DNA of 63,725 bases from Synechococcus sp. (lineage in GTDB: Bacteria; Cyanobacteriota; Cyanobacteriia; Thermostichales; PCC-7336), in contig JBFRWD010000006.1 in assembly GCA_051439425.1 (NCBI GenBank), positions 1 through 63,725 on the forward strand, written 5' to 3'. Under the pieces are notes generated by a model. The model was not told where the DNA came from. It did not search any database and saw nothing but the letters and a program-made list of their open reading frames with translations. Shown in pieces: positions 1 to 10,376 of the stretch. Made by a program: the position numbers and the translations under genes. Each line of letters opens with the position of its first letter. Position 1 is the stretch's first letter.

Positions 1-1841
1 GCCACGTAGCACAACTTATTCCGCTCCACCGCACTGCGATTCACCTCAAAATTCCGCACATCTACATACACCTCCTCAAAACTGCTCCCCTGCGACTTAT
101 GCACCGTCAACGCATAGGCATATCGCAAATCGTGAAACCCATTCTTTAACTCCCAAAACTCCTTCCACTGCGCCGCATCAGCCAAACCCCGCAGCCGCCG
201 CTGAAACTCCGTCGCCATCCCCTCGTGCAACACCCGCAATTGCCGCCAGCGCCCCTCCTCATCTTCAATTTCTAAATTCCACACCCGCCAGCCTTCATAT
301 CTCCCCATCTGCACATCCTGCACTGTGCATTCCGCCGAGGACGACAACAACACCGTGTCATCCCTCAAACAAGGGGAATAGGCCATCAACCGCTCCCCCA
401 CCACAAATCGCCCCGCCCGATCGCCATACACCGCCCGCCGAATCATCCCGTTCAGCGCCGCCACCCGCTTATTCGTATAGGCCAGCGCCCGCACCCGCTC
501 AAACTCCCCACCCCCCTGCAGCCGTTCGAACACATCCATCAGCGAACGGTGCCACTCCCTTGCCTCCATCACCATCACCCCCTCATTACCGTCTTTCGTC
601 ACCTGAGAATGAAACCGAGGTAAATAAGGCGCGTGAATGTTCTGCCGCAACCGATCCGCCACCCGCCCGATCGCATTCCCGTACCGCACCACTTCTGTGA
701 GGTGCGTCGCCTGCCCAATCTGCTCGAAACAAGGCGACTCCGTCTCATTTACCGGCGGCAACTGCGCCCGATCGCCCACAAACAGCAGCTTCACATCCTT
801 AAACAGCCCCGTCACCGCATTCAGGAGCGCTGCCCACATCTCCTCCCCAATCGTGGAACACTCATCCACCACCACCAGCGCGTACTTATCGATCTGACTT
901 TGAAAGGCGCGATCGGGCTTAAACTCCTGCTGCCCCGTCTCGGGATTAATCGCCGGTCGAATCCCCAATAGCTGACAGCAAGTCAAACAATCCACATCCA
1001 GCCCCCACTTAGCCGTCATAGATTCCAATACCTTCTTTGCCTTGTTCGTGAATGCCGTCAGGGCAATGGTGCGATCGTCCCCCATCTCCTGCAACCGCAC
1101 GATCAGCGCCTGCAACAACGTCGATTTCCCCGTCCCTGCATACCCTGTCAGCAAATACAGCCGCTCGTCCCCCTCCACAAACGCCTCCAACTCCTGCAGC
1201 GACTGCCACTGCTGCACCGTCAACTGAATCCCCGGCAACACGTCAGGAATATCAATCTCTATGTCTGCCGTTGCTAATGCCGGCTGGTTGTCTTCGTTAT
1301 CAACAATTTCGGCAGGTGGACTCTCGCTCCCGCTCTCAGTCAATTCACGGGACGTGAATTGCTCCCCAAGCAATAAATCACCCTCAGACTCTTCCTCCAG
1401 AACAATCTCTCGCTCCCGTGCCGTCGCAAACTCCTGCTGCCACACCGCCTTGAGGTGCTTGCAATCCCGCTTGAACTTGAACTGCGGACAGGTACAGGTG
1501 CTTTGCCCCTCCGCGATCGTTACCGTATACCCCGTCCCCTTGTGACAATTTGACACCAGCCAAATCCCGTCCTCCTGCTGCTCGATCTCCAGCCGATCCG
1601 GCAGCTTTTTGGGCACCTTCACCCCCGCCTTTGCCAATGGCTTGCGGTACTTCTTCACCAGCTCGAACGCCTGGGCTTCCTCGGCGATCGACAGCGGATC
1701 TCCCCCTTTCACAAACCGGCCCGCTAACTCCCGCCCTAATTTGGCATCTCCCGATTCAATCTCTTGCCCAAACAGCTTTGCCTTCCCGCAATAGGCAAAA
1801 TACAGCAGAGCACTTTGTAGTTCTTTCTGAGACGCCGTCAC
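1..1841 (-). CDS. SF1B RecD/Dda-like helicase with N-terminal SWIM zinc finger (3' end outside window)
   Basis: Missing from the ORF track. Manual translation of sampled segments from GTG at 1841 (in-frame TGA just upstream) gives TCTCPQFKFKRDCKHL (SWIM), LTGYAGTGKST (Walker A), VVVDECS (Walker B), YAYALTVHKSQGSSF and ERNKLCYVA, all in one frame. Confidence 0.85.
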   Translation of the reverse strand, partial: MTASQKELQSALLYFAYCGKAKLFGQEIESGDAKLGRELAGRFVKGGDPLSIAEEAQAFELVKKYRKPLAKAGVKVPKKLPDRLEIEQQEDGIWLVSNCHKGTGYTVTIAEGQSTCTCPQFKFKRDCKHLKAVWQQEFATAREREIVLEEESEGDLLLGEQFTSRELTESGSESPPAEIVDNEDNQPALATADIEIDIPDVLPGIQLTVQQWQSLQELEAFVEGDERLYLLTGYAGTGKSTLLQALIVRLQEMGDDRTIALTAFTNKAKKVLESMTAKWGLDVDCLTCCQLLGIRPAINPETGQQEFKPDRAFQSQIDKYALVVVDECSTIGEEMWAALLNAVTGLFKDVKLLFVGDRAQLPPVNETESPCFEQIGQATHLTEVVRYGNAIGRVADRLRQNIHAPYLPRFHSQVTKDGNEGVMVMEAREWHRSLMDVFERLQGGGEFERVRALAYTNKRVAALNGMIRRAVYGDRAGRFVVGERLMAYSPCLRDDTVLLSSSAECTVQDVQMGRYEGWRVWNLEIEDEEGRWRQLRVLHEGMATEFQRRLRGLADAAQWKEFWELKNGFHDLRYAYALTVHKSQGSSFEEVYVDVRNFEVNRSAVERNKLCYV

Positions 1842-2048
1842 AACTCACCCAAAATTTGCCCGCACAAGCGGCACACAGATGAAGCCTAGCTCAGTTCTTT
1901 GATATCACTCCTGGGTTTTATGAAGTCAGCACAAGCCGACTGTCGATCGCTAACAAGCATGCCGACTATCGTGCCAATTCTTCGCCTAGAGGCGACTCCA
2001 GCAATATGTCCTGCAACTAGATGCTGAAACCAGCCTCTATCCAGTACC

Positions 2049-2153
2049 TATAGCGGTCAGCAATCCGCTATGGAGACTTTCCTGACTACTTGTCCTTGAA
2101 AATCAAGTACTGTTCCAGTCTCAACCCTCCAGACCTTACAGTGGATTGCTATA
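2049..2153 (-). repeat. 105-bp dispersed palindromic element, family A, copy 1 (MITE-like)
   Basis: Reverse complement aligns without gaps to 26994-27098 (19 mismatches in 105 by hand count); TATAGC...GCTATA ends. Confidence 0.9.
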
Positions 2154-2355
2154 CAAATTGAGTGAGGCCAATCTGAGAGAGGCTTTTAAGCTGTTCCTCA
2201 GTGTCTTAAGCCTTCATTTACAACAAACTAATGTTGAACTCAGAATTACATGGAATCCTGAAGCTGAACATAAGTTTCGATTTAGCTAATTTGAGTTATC
2301 AGTGACTCGTGGCAGCTAAGGTCGTAAGTTTCTACCTATGAGGGATTTTTAATCC

Positions 2356-2874
2356 ATGATGATTTCTGCTAGAGCCACCACTAAATTTTTGAAGTTTACC
2401 GGTGTCGGGATTGCCAGCTTACTTGTCGCTTCCTCTTTATCCGTTCGGAGTGCGAGTGCTGAAAGCATTGCCGAGATTGCCAGCTCAAATGATTCATTTA
2501 AAACTCTTGCTTCCCTTCTGGAATATGCCGGTTGGGTTGGATTGCTTGATGGAACCAATGGTAAAGAATTCACTGTCTTTGCTCCTACGGATGAAGCTTT
2601 CGAGCAATTGCCTGAAGGAACAGTTGATAGTCTCTTTGAACCTGAAAACAAAGAGATGTTATTTGACATTCTTGCCTATCACTTTATTGGTGGTAGTGTA
2701 ACCTCCGACCAGCTTTCTTCTGGAGCTGTAGACAGTAAGGCAATGGGATTACCCTTACAGGTAGAAGTTGGCGATCAAGTCACTATCAATGACGCTACTG
2801 TTAGCACAGCAGATATCACTGCAAGCAATGGTGTTATTCATGCCATTGACATGGTATTGATCCCAGAGCGATAA
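2356..2874 (+). CDS. Fasciclin (FAS1) domain protein, secreted
   Basis: Signal peptide; FTVFAPTDEAF and NGVIHAIDMVL motifs. Confidence 0.93.
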   Translation: MMISARATTKFLKFTGVGIASLLVASSLSVRSASAESIAEIASSNDSFKTLASLLEYAGWVGLLDGTNGKEFTVFAPTDEAFEQLPEGTVDSLFEPENKEMLFDILAYHFIGGSVTSDQLSSGAVDSKAMGLPLQVEVGDQVTINDATVSTADITASNGVIHAIDMVLIPER

Positions 2875-3194
2875 ACAAAAATCGGCGTTGCATATTCAGA
2901 GGATGAAGCTGAAAAATTCTGACAGATTCTAATGCTAGCTGTAGGCCCTTTAAAGTACCTCAAAAAAGCAAGATTTGCTGTGAGGAATCTATTCAATACT
3001 TCATTTGTGCAACGCCGTGTCATAGAAACATCTGAGTGAGCGATCAATCAATGTTTGAGCCAGATCTAAGCGATTCTTCCGAACTATGAATAAGAATCTC
3101 TAATTCTAAACAAATGCTATCAAACCATCACAATCGCACTCCGTTCCCCCTGGCCGCCTGGGTAGGTTAAGGCCGGTATCTAGCAGGACACGTT

Positions 3195-3779
3195 ATGGTC
3201 TTCAGACGGGCGATCGCTTCCATCGGTGCAGCCGCATTCCTGAGTCTTCTCAGCACCAGCACTGCCGCCCCCCAAAGCCTAGATAGCCAGTTACAAACCG
3301 CCGTCAACGCTCAAAATTGGGACAATGCCATCGCGATCGTCGATCACCTGATAGACAGCCAAGGTTCTACTCCCGAATTGCTCGATTACCGCCAACAACT
3401 GGTCGGCCTAGCAGATTCATCCTCTAGCTCTGCCGCCCCCGTCGCTTCCATCGACGGCATTCCCCTCACCACCATCTCCGATCGACTCAACCAAACTCTC
3501 CCCCTCAAACTCGACCAACATACCGAGTTGGTATCTACTAGCGTTTACGGCAATCGCCTGTCTTACCAAGGACGGATGTTAGAGATTTCTGTAAGCGATC
3601 TAGACGCCAATCAATTCAATTCGAGATTTTTCAAAGATTCCTTCACTCGTATTATTTGCCCCAATCCAGAAATTCTCTACGTACTCGATCGCGGCATTGA
3701 ACTGGAATACATTCTGGTAGATCGGAATAATCAGCCGCTCGTCACCGTCGAAATCACACCGACAACCTGCCAAGCATAG
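3195..3779 (+). CDS. Hypothetical secreted protein
   Basis: 194-aa ORF with a signal-peptide-like N-terminus and a short TPR-like helix pair. Confidence 0.7.
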   Translation: MVFRRAIASIGAAAFLSLLSTSTAAPQSLDSQLQTAVNAQNWDNAIAIVDHLIDSQGSTPELLDYRQQLVGLADSSSSSAAPVASIDGIPLTTISDRLNQTLPLKLDQHTELVSTSVYGNRLSYQGRMLEISVSDLDANQFNSRFFKDSFTRIICPNPEILYVLDRGIELEYILVDRNNQPLVTVEITPTTCQA

Positions 3780-4075
3780 ATAACTTCAGTCAAATTTAGC
3801 GTTTCGTGAATCCGTTTTGGTCTCTGAGGGGGCGATTCTCAGTGGCTATTCGGAGAGCACCGAGTAAAATCCGCAATAGGCTCGTGGAGAGAATACGCAA
3901 GCGTACCGGTCTGAAGTCCGTGAGGATGGAGATAGGAGCGCGTTAATTGCGGCTCGCCAACCTGTACGGTTGGGCTACATTAGCCTGACATTCTCAGCCA
4001 CCCGCTACTTTCACTGGCAACATCCGAACCGAACGAGCGACCTTCACCAATCAAGTCACGCGGATTTACACAATC

Positions 4076-5005
4076 ATGTCGGAGCTGAAGTCCACCACGC
4101 GTACTCACTTGAAAGAGCGCCGACAGCAAGTGCGTCAACAATTACGCCATCAATTGCAAAGTCGGTTGTGGCGCTGGACTCTAACCGCAGGTTTATTGGT
4201 TGGAGGGGTGTATGTTGCCCGCCTACCCTGCTGGAAAGTGCAGGTGGCCAATAGCGTTCGCATCCAGGGGAATGACCTGCTAGACGATCGAGATATTCTG
4301 GCCTTTGTTCCACCCATTGATTCTCTCTACATCTGGCAGGTGGAACCCCATCGGGTGGAAGCCGCGATGCTTGAAAACCCTTTTCTCAAGTCTGTTAGCG
4401 TGCGTCGACAGCTGTTCCCACCGCATATTTCGGCTGAGGTGGAAGAACGTCAGGCGATCGCCGTCGGGCGAGTGGCCGGAACCCCTGGTTTCATCGACAC
4501 CGAAGGACAGTGGGTGGACAGCACGGACTTGTCTGTGGAGAGCGCGTCTGAATGGCCGACCCTGATTGTGATGGGATGGGAACCGGCACAAAAGCGGGAT
4601 TGGGCAGAGTTGTTATTTGTGTTGCAGCACAGCGTTGTAGCTATTCGCACGGTAGACTGGCGCAACCCCACCAACTTGATATTGCAGACCGAATTGGGAG
4701 AGGTCCACTTTGGCCAACTGCCCGAAGGCACCCACCCCGATACTCCTCTGGGGCGTTCTCCACTGGCACGGGTTGTGAAAGAACGACTGCAGGGACTCAA
4801 TCAGTTGAGCGGTCTTTACGATGGCCCCTGCAATTGCCAGCCTAGCGACGTAGACTATATCAATATGTCTCATCCCCAGCTACCCACAATCGCCCTCACA
4901 GATGCAGCGGCTGAAGCTCGCTTCCCCGTCGACCGCTGGTTGTTCAACCGCCCCTCTTCCGCAGCGTCACGCCCAGCAGTATCTGAAAATTTAACAGAAG
5001 AGTGA
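4076..5005 (+). CDS. ftsQ: Cell division protein FtsQ/DivIB family (POTRA domain)
   Basis: Basic N-terminus, one TM helix, POTRA-like VRIQGNDLL...VSVRRQLFPPHISAEVEER, and LQTELGEVHFG. Confidence 0.75.
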   Translation: MSELKSTTRTHLKERRQQVRQQLRHQLQSRLWRWTLTAGLLVGGVYVARLPCWKVQVANSVRIQGNDLLDDRDILAFVPPIDSLYIWQVEPHRVEAAMLENPFLKSVSVRRQLFPPHISAEVEERQAIAVGRVAGTPGFIDTEGQWVDSTDLSVESASEWPTLIVMGWEPAQKRDWAELLFVLQHSVVAIRTVDWRNPTNLILQTELGEVHFGQLPEGTHPDTPLGRSPLARVVKERLQGLNQLSGLYDGPCNCQPSDVDYINMSHPQLPTIALTDAAAEARFPVDRWLFNRPSSAASRPAVSENLTEE

Positions 5006-5077
5006 CCTCTAGAAGAACTATTACCAAGGCCAAATGACCAAAGACAATTGCCCCCCCCTCAAACACCACCTATCCCC

Positions 5078-7486
5078 TCACCGAATAATCCCCCGTTCCC
5101 CATCTTCAATCCCTCCTCTCCCCATCGATTGAATATGAGAACGCCCCACCGGCAACTCTAGATCCACAAGCACAGACGACGGCAAATTTTCCACCGCATC
5201 GAGCAAGGCCCGCAATGTTTGCCGATCGATCGTTGTTCCTGCCAAGTCGCTAGCTCCCGATACATCGCTCACTGTCCTACCAGTAGACTCCGTTGCGACA
5301 TGACTGTCGGCGAACCCCGGAGAGCCCAAAGCAATCGGGGCGCTTGATTCGCTAGAGAGAGTTCCCGTATCGGAGAGCCTGGAATGGGTCAGGTGTCCGG
5401 AACCGGGCAGCCCTCCTGCTAGATATGGAGCAATTGCTGAGACAACTTCATTTCCGTAGACACCATCGGCCCCCGAAGGCAGCGGGCTGTTTTCTCCATT
5501 GGCGATCGCCACCATCTCTAGTCCTCGTTGCAAGGCTAGTACCGCCGATCCGCGATCGCCCTTCTCAAACACGCTGTCCCCATCTAGTACCGACTGCAAG
5601 ATCTGCTCCGTCTCTGTCTGTGAATCGGCAGGGACGGTTTTGACCAAGCGAGCCAGAGGATCGCGGTTGGGAGGTGTTTGTGCCAGCTTGTAGAGGTCGT
5701 ACAGCAGGATGGCGTGGGGGACGGGGCGGCTGGGCTGCTCGGCAGTGGCGTGGCCGGTGGCTAGAATCTCCCCTTCGTGCACTAAGGAGCTACTGAAGCC
5801 CGAATCCAGCAAAATGGCTTCCTGGATTCCCAATTTGGGCAGAATTTGCGCCAGTTTGAGGCTGTAAATGTGGGTGTCTGTGACACCAACCACCAGGCGA
5901 TTTTGGCGATCGACCCCAAAAAAGACGCGGGGTCTTGCCTCGGCGGCACTCGATAAATGGAATGACTCTAATTCCTCTAGCGATAGAGCGCGGCCATCCT
6001 TCACCAGCCACAGCCCCGCAACGAATAGATCGGTCACATCGGGCATCATTTGCTGAATGAAGTCCGGATCGTTCATTAGCTCGGGGTGGAAGGGGACGAA
6101 GCTGAGACGATCTTGACCCATCAACACCAGTGGACGCCCGCGAATAGCACGATTGTCCTCTTCGCGACCGGGGACAAAAATCCCGTTATTGGCAGCCTGC
6201 ACCGGCCCCACCATGACGTTGCTGGAGGCGTAGATCCACGGCAGGGAAAAGAAGCTGCCATTGATGCCAGCAGTGGCTTGATAGCGATCGATCAAGGTGC
6301 TGACGTCATAGCGGGCATCGGCATGAACGGTGGCGGCCCGCCCCCCGCGCATCAAAAATAGATGGACGTCGTCGACGGTGTCCTCTTCTAGCTCCACCGG
6401 AGCGGTTGCGTCCAACGGGTAGGAATGCCATTCCCCTTGTTGGACAGCTTTGGCTCCAATCAACGCTTCGGTCAGTCGAAACTGGTTAAATCGTTGTACC
6501 TCAAGCAAGTTAGAAGACTGTCCCGTATACCCGGCATCCATCGTGGTGGCCATAATATAGCCGGCCTCTTCCACCATCTCGATCACGCGATCGTCGCGGT
6601 TCCCCGCCGGGTAGGCAAAATGCAGAATTTCGTGCCCCAGTTGTTCTTCTAGAACCCGCTTCGATTCAAAAATTTCCCGCCGTAAGGTGTCATCGTCCAA
6701 TAGGCGCAGATCTTCTGGGTGGCTAATGGTGTGGGCGGCAAACTCAATCAAACCGCTAGCCTCCATCTCTCGCATTTGTTCCCACGTAAAGTGGTCCTTG
6801 CTAGTAGGAACTCCCACAAAACCGGTTTGAACGTAGTAGGTCGCCGGGAAATTAAACTCCTGCAGCATTGGAAATGCGTTGTCGTACAGTCCTTGGTAAG
6901 CGTCGTCAAAGGTCAAGACAATCGGTTTTTCGGGCAAATCTTTGCCATTGCGCAGGTGTTCGTACAGGTCGGTGATGGTGATTGGCGTGGCTCCCGCAGC
7001 TTCAATTGCTTCAAAATCCCGTCGCAGTTCCGCTGCCGTATGGTCGAACCAGACCTCTTTCGTCTCCGCGACTACGTCGTGATACATCACGACCGGCACG
7101 TAAGACTGTTTGGCCCACGGATGGATGTCATAGGGCCGTTGAGGATTGGCAACCGGTATCAGGCCGCTGGTTTCACCGACTGCATCTCCAGGCTCGACAT
7201 CATCCTCAGACACAATGTCATCAGCAGCGGATGACCCGATTGCCAGCCCCTCCCCACCGGAAGTGCCATCGAGCGATTCCACCTGGGTGATTGCCGGTTG
7301 AAAGGGGAGTAGAGCAGGCAAATTCGTTCCCAGCCAGGCCAAGCTGGAACCCACCGCGAATCCTGCGAGGGTCAATGCTAGTAGTAGCCAAGGACGCGCT
7401 TTTGAACGGCGGGCTCTGGAAGAGTGGTGGGGATTGTTTGACGGGCGAGATCTATTTGCGTCCGGGCGACGGGGTCGGTATGACAT
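5078..7486 (-). CDS. Polysaccharide deacetylase (CE4/NodB) fused to a phosphodiester glycosidase-like domain
   Basis: VPVVMYHD, LTFDDAY, AAHTISH, FAYPAG motifs, then GINGSFF...LLDSGFSS; N-terminal TM; GADGVYG peptidoglycan-binding-like segment near the C-terminus. Confidence 0.85.
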   Translation of the reverse strand: MSYRPRRPDANRSRPSNNPHHSSRARRSKARPWLLLALTLAGFAVGSSLAWLGTNLPALLPFQPAITQVESLDGTSGGEGLAIGSSAADDIVSEDDVEPGDAVGETSGLIPVANPQRPYDIHPWAKQSYVPVVMYHDVVAETKEVWFDHTAAELRRDFEAIEAAGATPITITDLYEHLRNGKDLPEKPIVLTFDDAYQGLYDNAFPMLQEFNFPATYYVQTGFVGVPTSKDHFTWEQMREMEASGLIEFAAHTISHPEDLRLLDDDTLRREIFESKRVLEEQLGHEILHFAYPAGNRDDRVIEMVEEAGYIMATTMDAGYTGQSSNLLEVQRFNQFRLTEALIGAKAVQQGEWHSYPLDATAPVELEEDTVDDVHLFLMRGGRAATVHADARYDVSTLIDRYQATAGINGSFFSLPWIYASSNVMVGPVQAANNGIFVPGREEDNRAIRGRPLVLMGQDRLSFVPFHPELMNDPDFIQQMMPDVTDLFVAGLWLVKDGRALSLEELESFHLSSAAEARPRVFFGVDRQNRLVVGVTDTHIYSLKLAQILPKLGIQEAILLDSGFSSSLVHEGEILATGHATAEQPSRPVPHAILLYDLYKLAQTPPNRDPLARLVKTVPADSQTETEQILQSVLDGDSVFEKGDRGSAVLALQRGLEMVAIANGENSPLPSGADGVYGNEVVSAIAPYLAGGLPGSGHLTHSRLSDTGTLSSESSAPIALGSPGFADSHVATESTGRTVSDVSGASDLAGTTIDRQTLRALLDAVENLPSSVLVDLELPVGRSHIQSMGRGGIEDGERGIIR

Positions 7487-8039
7487 GACAACCGAAAGAA
7501 TGTGACAACGGATTCGACTGAACTAGACGTGAATGCTGAGAAGAAAAAACTTAGAAGCAATCAGATGCGGAATCGAGTCTAGTAGTCTGCCTGCATAGAA
7601 GTGCTAGCCGATTGCCCTCTCTCGGGCTTGCTGCAATGCATGAGTGGTTGATATCTCCCCTCATAGCAAGCCTGACAAAGCACTAGCTCCCAGCGTGAGG
7701 TTGCTGCGGCCATAAACACCTACAGTGCGTGAGGATTCCCCGCGAGCAAATCACCCGCAAGTAATGCTATCCGCTTGGACGATAGTTGACTGCTGATGAA
7801 AGCTTGAGAATACAGCGGGTGATCGCCCGTATCGATCTTGAGAAAAAAGCTGTCTGCCGCTCTTTGTAACCCTTTGCCGCGATTGAGTCGCTGTCAGTGA
7901 TGGGACCTTCGGTTGCAACTACAACACCTGCAGTAATACTTCTTGAACGTTGGCAACCCTCCGCAATGCAGGCTCTGTAATGACGTCAGTTCGACGAAAC
8001 CATTGGAGCAAGACATAGCAATTCGCTATATTCGCCACC

Positions 8040-8131
8040 CAGCACAACAAAGCGATTCAAGTTGAAGTCTCTTGCTTCCTTCTCCTCCCTTGGGAGAAGG
8101 TTTGGGGATAAGGGCTATCGAGTTCGGGTTG
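8040..8131 (+). repeat. ~90-bp dispersed element, family B, copy 1 (CCTTCTCC...GGAGAAGG hairpin)
   Basis: Aligns to 50474-50564 at roughly two-thirds identity by eye, mostly transitions. Confidence 0.75.
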
Positions 8132-8408
8132 TCATGCAAATCAGGTTGCGGTATTCGACAGCGCCTCTGGTTGCGGATCGAAGTATTATCGCCTTCAAGT
8201 GCAGCAAACAGAGCGGTGCAATCGGGCTTGATGGCAGCCTATTAGGGTGCAATTCTGGTGAGATACCGATCCAAATCTCGAAGATACAAGCTGGCCACAA
8301 CGGCCGAGCTCTGAATATGAAGCCTCTTAGATATAGCCTCAAACAATGAAGCCTACTGAATCTAGGGCCGCGATCGTGACTGCGAGTATGTGTTGAGGAC
8401 GCAAATTT

Positions 8409-10268
8409 ATGTGCGGAATTGTTGGATATATCGGCAACCAAGCCGCTGTGTCTATCCTGATTGATGGGCTGCGCAAGCTGGAATATCGCGGATACGACTC
8501 GGCTGGAATTGCCCTGGTCGAAGATTCCACCCTGTATCGCGTGCGAGCCAAAGGCAAGCTGCGCAATATGGAGGCCAAACTGCAGGAGGGACAACCCGCA
8601 GCTATCTCCACTGCCCGCATGGGACTGGGCCATACTCGCTGGGCCACACACGGTAAGCCTGAAGAGCGCAATGCCCATCCGCACACCGGGCCATCCGGAC
8701 GTATTGCCGCGATTCAAAATGGCATTGTCGAGAACTATCGCGATTTGCGCCAGATGCTTGCCGACAAAGGGCACGAATTTGTCACCGAAACCGATACAGA
8801 AGTCGTCCCCCATCTGATTGAGGATCTGCTGGATTCCGGCCTGCCTCTGTTTGAAGCGGTTCGTCAAGCAACTGGCATGTTAGAGGGGTCTTACGCGATC
8901 GCGATCGCCAGCGCCGACCATCCCAACGAATTAATTGCTGTCCGCCAGCATTGCCCTCTGGTGTTGGGCTACGGCGAGGGAGAATCGTTCTTTGCCTCCG
9001 ATATTCCGGCATTAATTCAATACACCAACCGCGTCGTGGTCTTAGACAACGGCGAGATTGCCAAACTGACCCCTGAAGGCGTAGAGATCTTTTCGTTTGC
9101 TGGGGAACCCCGTCCTCACCAGCCCCAAGTATTGGCCTGGAATCCAGTCATGGTGGAAAAACAGGGGTTCCGCCATTTCATGCTGAAGGAAATTCACGAG
9201 CAGCCTGCCACCATTCGCTCTGGCTTACAACATCGTCTTACCGACCATCCCGAAAAACCCGTATCCCTCAACCTGCCGACATCGCTATTGGCAAATACCC
9301 AGCGGATTGAAGTGGTAGCCTGCGGGACCAGTTGGCACGCGGCGTTGGTGGGCAAATACTTGCTAGAACAGTTGGCGGGTATTCCCACCACCGTGCAATA
9401 CGCTTCTGAATATCGCTATTCTCCTCCCCCCGCACAACCCCACACCCTGACCATTGGTGTCACCCAATCGGGCGAAACGGCCGATACCCTCTCGGCACTG
9501 CGGTTGGCGAAGGAGCGGGCTGCTGCTGACCCGACCCACCATTTGATGGGGATTACCAATCGGGTGGACAGCACCATTGGCCGTCTCGTTTCGACGGTCA
9601 TCGATCTCAAGGCCGGGATTGAAATTGGCGTTGCGTCTACTAAAACCTTTACCGCCCAGCTATTGACCTTTTATTTGCTGGCATTAGAATTTGCCGGACA
9701 TCGGCAGACGGTTCCTGCCGACGATATTGCTCAACTGATCGATCGTTTGCGAGAATTACCGGCATTGCTGGAGAGCGTGATTTCCACCCAAGCGGACGCG
9801 ATCGCCAACTTGGCCCATCGGTTTAACGAAACCAGTGATTTTATTTATATCGGTCGCGGCATTAACTATCCCATCGCGTTAGAAGGGGCTCTGAAGCTCA
9901 AGGAAATCAGCTACATTCACGCGGAAGGCTATCCGGCGGGGGAAATGAAGCACGGCCCGATCGCCCTACTCGATCCAAAAGTGCCTGTGGTGGCGATCGC
10001 GATGCCTGGACCTCTCTACGAAAAAGTCATTTCCAATGCTCAAGAAGCCAAAGCACGCGATGCCCTACTGATCGGCGTGGTCAGCCAGCAGGATAAACAT
10101 GCTCGCGAGGTGTTCGACATTACCCTACCGGTTCCTGAAGTGCCGGAGGTTCTATCCCCGATGGTGGCGAATATTCCGCTGCAACTCCTGGCCTATCACA
10201 TCGCTGCCTTACGCGGGCTGGATGTGGATCAACCCCGAAACTTAGCCAAGTCCGTAACGGTGGAGTAG
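8409..10268 (+). CDS. glmS: Glutamine--fructose-6-phosphate transaminase
   Basis: MCGIVG start; GHTRWATHG, QSGETADT, EGALKLKE and PRNLAKSVTVE. Confidence 0.99.
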   Translation: MCGIVGYIGNQAAVSILIDGLRKLEYRGYDSAGIALVEDSTLYRVRAKGKLRNMEAKLQEGQPAAISTARMGLGHTRWATHGKPEERNAHPHTGPSGRIAAIQNGIVENYRDLRQMLADKGHEFVTETDTEVVPHLIEDLLDSGLPLFEAVRQATGMLEGSYAIAIASADHPNELIAVRQHCPLVLGYGEGESFFASDIPALIQYTNRVVVLDNGEIAKLTPEGVEIFSFAGEPRPHQPQVLAWNPVMVEKQGFRHFMLKEIHEQPATIRSGLQHRLTDHPEKPVSLNLPTSLLANTQRIEVVACGTSWHAALVGKYLLEQLAGIPTTVQYASEYRYSPPPAQPHTLTIGVTQSGETADTLSALRLAKERAAADPTHHLMGITNRVDSTIGRLVSTVIDLKAGIEIGVASTKTFTAQLLTFYLLALEFAGHRQTVPADDIAQLIDRLRELPALLESVISTQADAIANLAHRFNETSDFIYIGRGINYPIALEGALKLKEISYIHAEGYPAGEMKHGPIALLDPKVPVVAIAMPGPLYEKVISNAQEAKARDALLIGVVSQQDKHAREVFDITLPVPEVPEVLSPMVANIPLQLLAYHIAALRGLDVDQPRNLAKSVTVE

Positions 10269-10376
10269 GGGGTTAAGACTAGGGGGCTTGCCACCTTGCA
10301 CTCTGCGAGTGTTTATCTTGAGTTGTGCACCGAGTTTATCTTGAGCCGATCGTGAATCTGGGATCTTGAATCTGGT

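Noticed and set aside
1341..1361. Palindrome CAATTCACG-GGA-CGTGAATTG inside the helicase linker
   Set aside because: Single occurrence in coding sequence with no supporting context.
633..1882. Several plus-strand ORFs at the left end
   Set aside because: Shadows of the minus-strand helicase.
2049..2153. Family A element as a canonical integron attC site
   Set aside because: Lacks RYYYAAC/GTTRRRY ends; no integron integrase or cassette array is present.
8100..8200. glmS ribozyme upstream of glmS
   Set aside because: AGCGCC and TATCGA fragments occur but in the wrong order, with no GACGAGG core; part of the region is explained by the family B repeat.
8115..8867. 250-aa minus-strand ORF
   Set aside because: Antisense shadow of glmS with no recognisable motif; the same applies to most short overlapping ORFs in the track.
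10310..10345. Direct repeat GTTTATCTTGAG x2 between glmS and smtB
   Set aside because: Two copies between convergent 3' ends; probably a local duplication.
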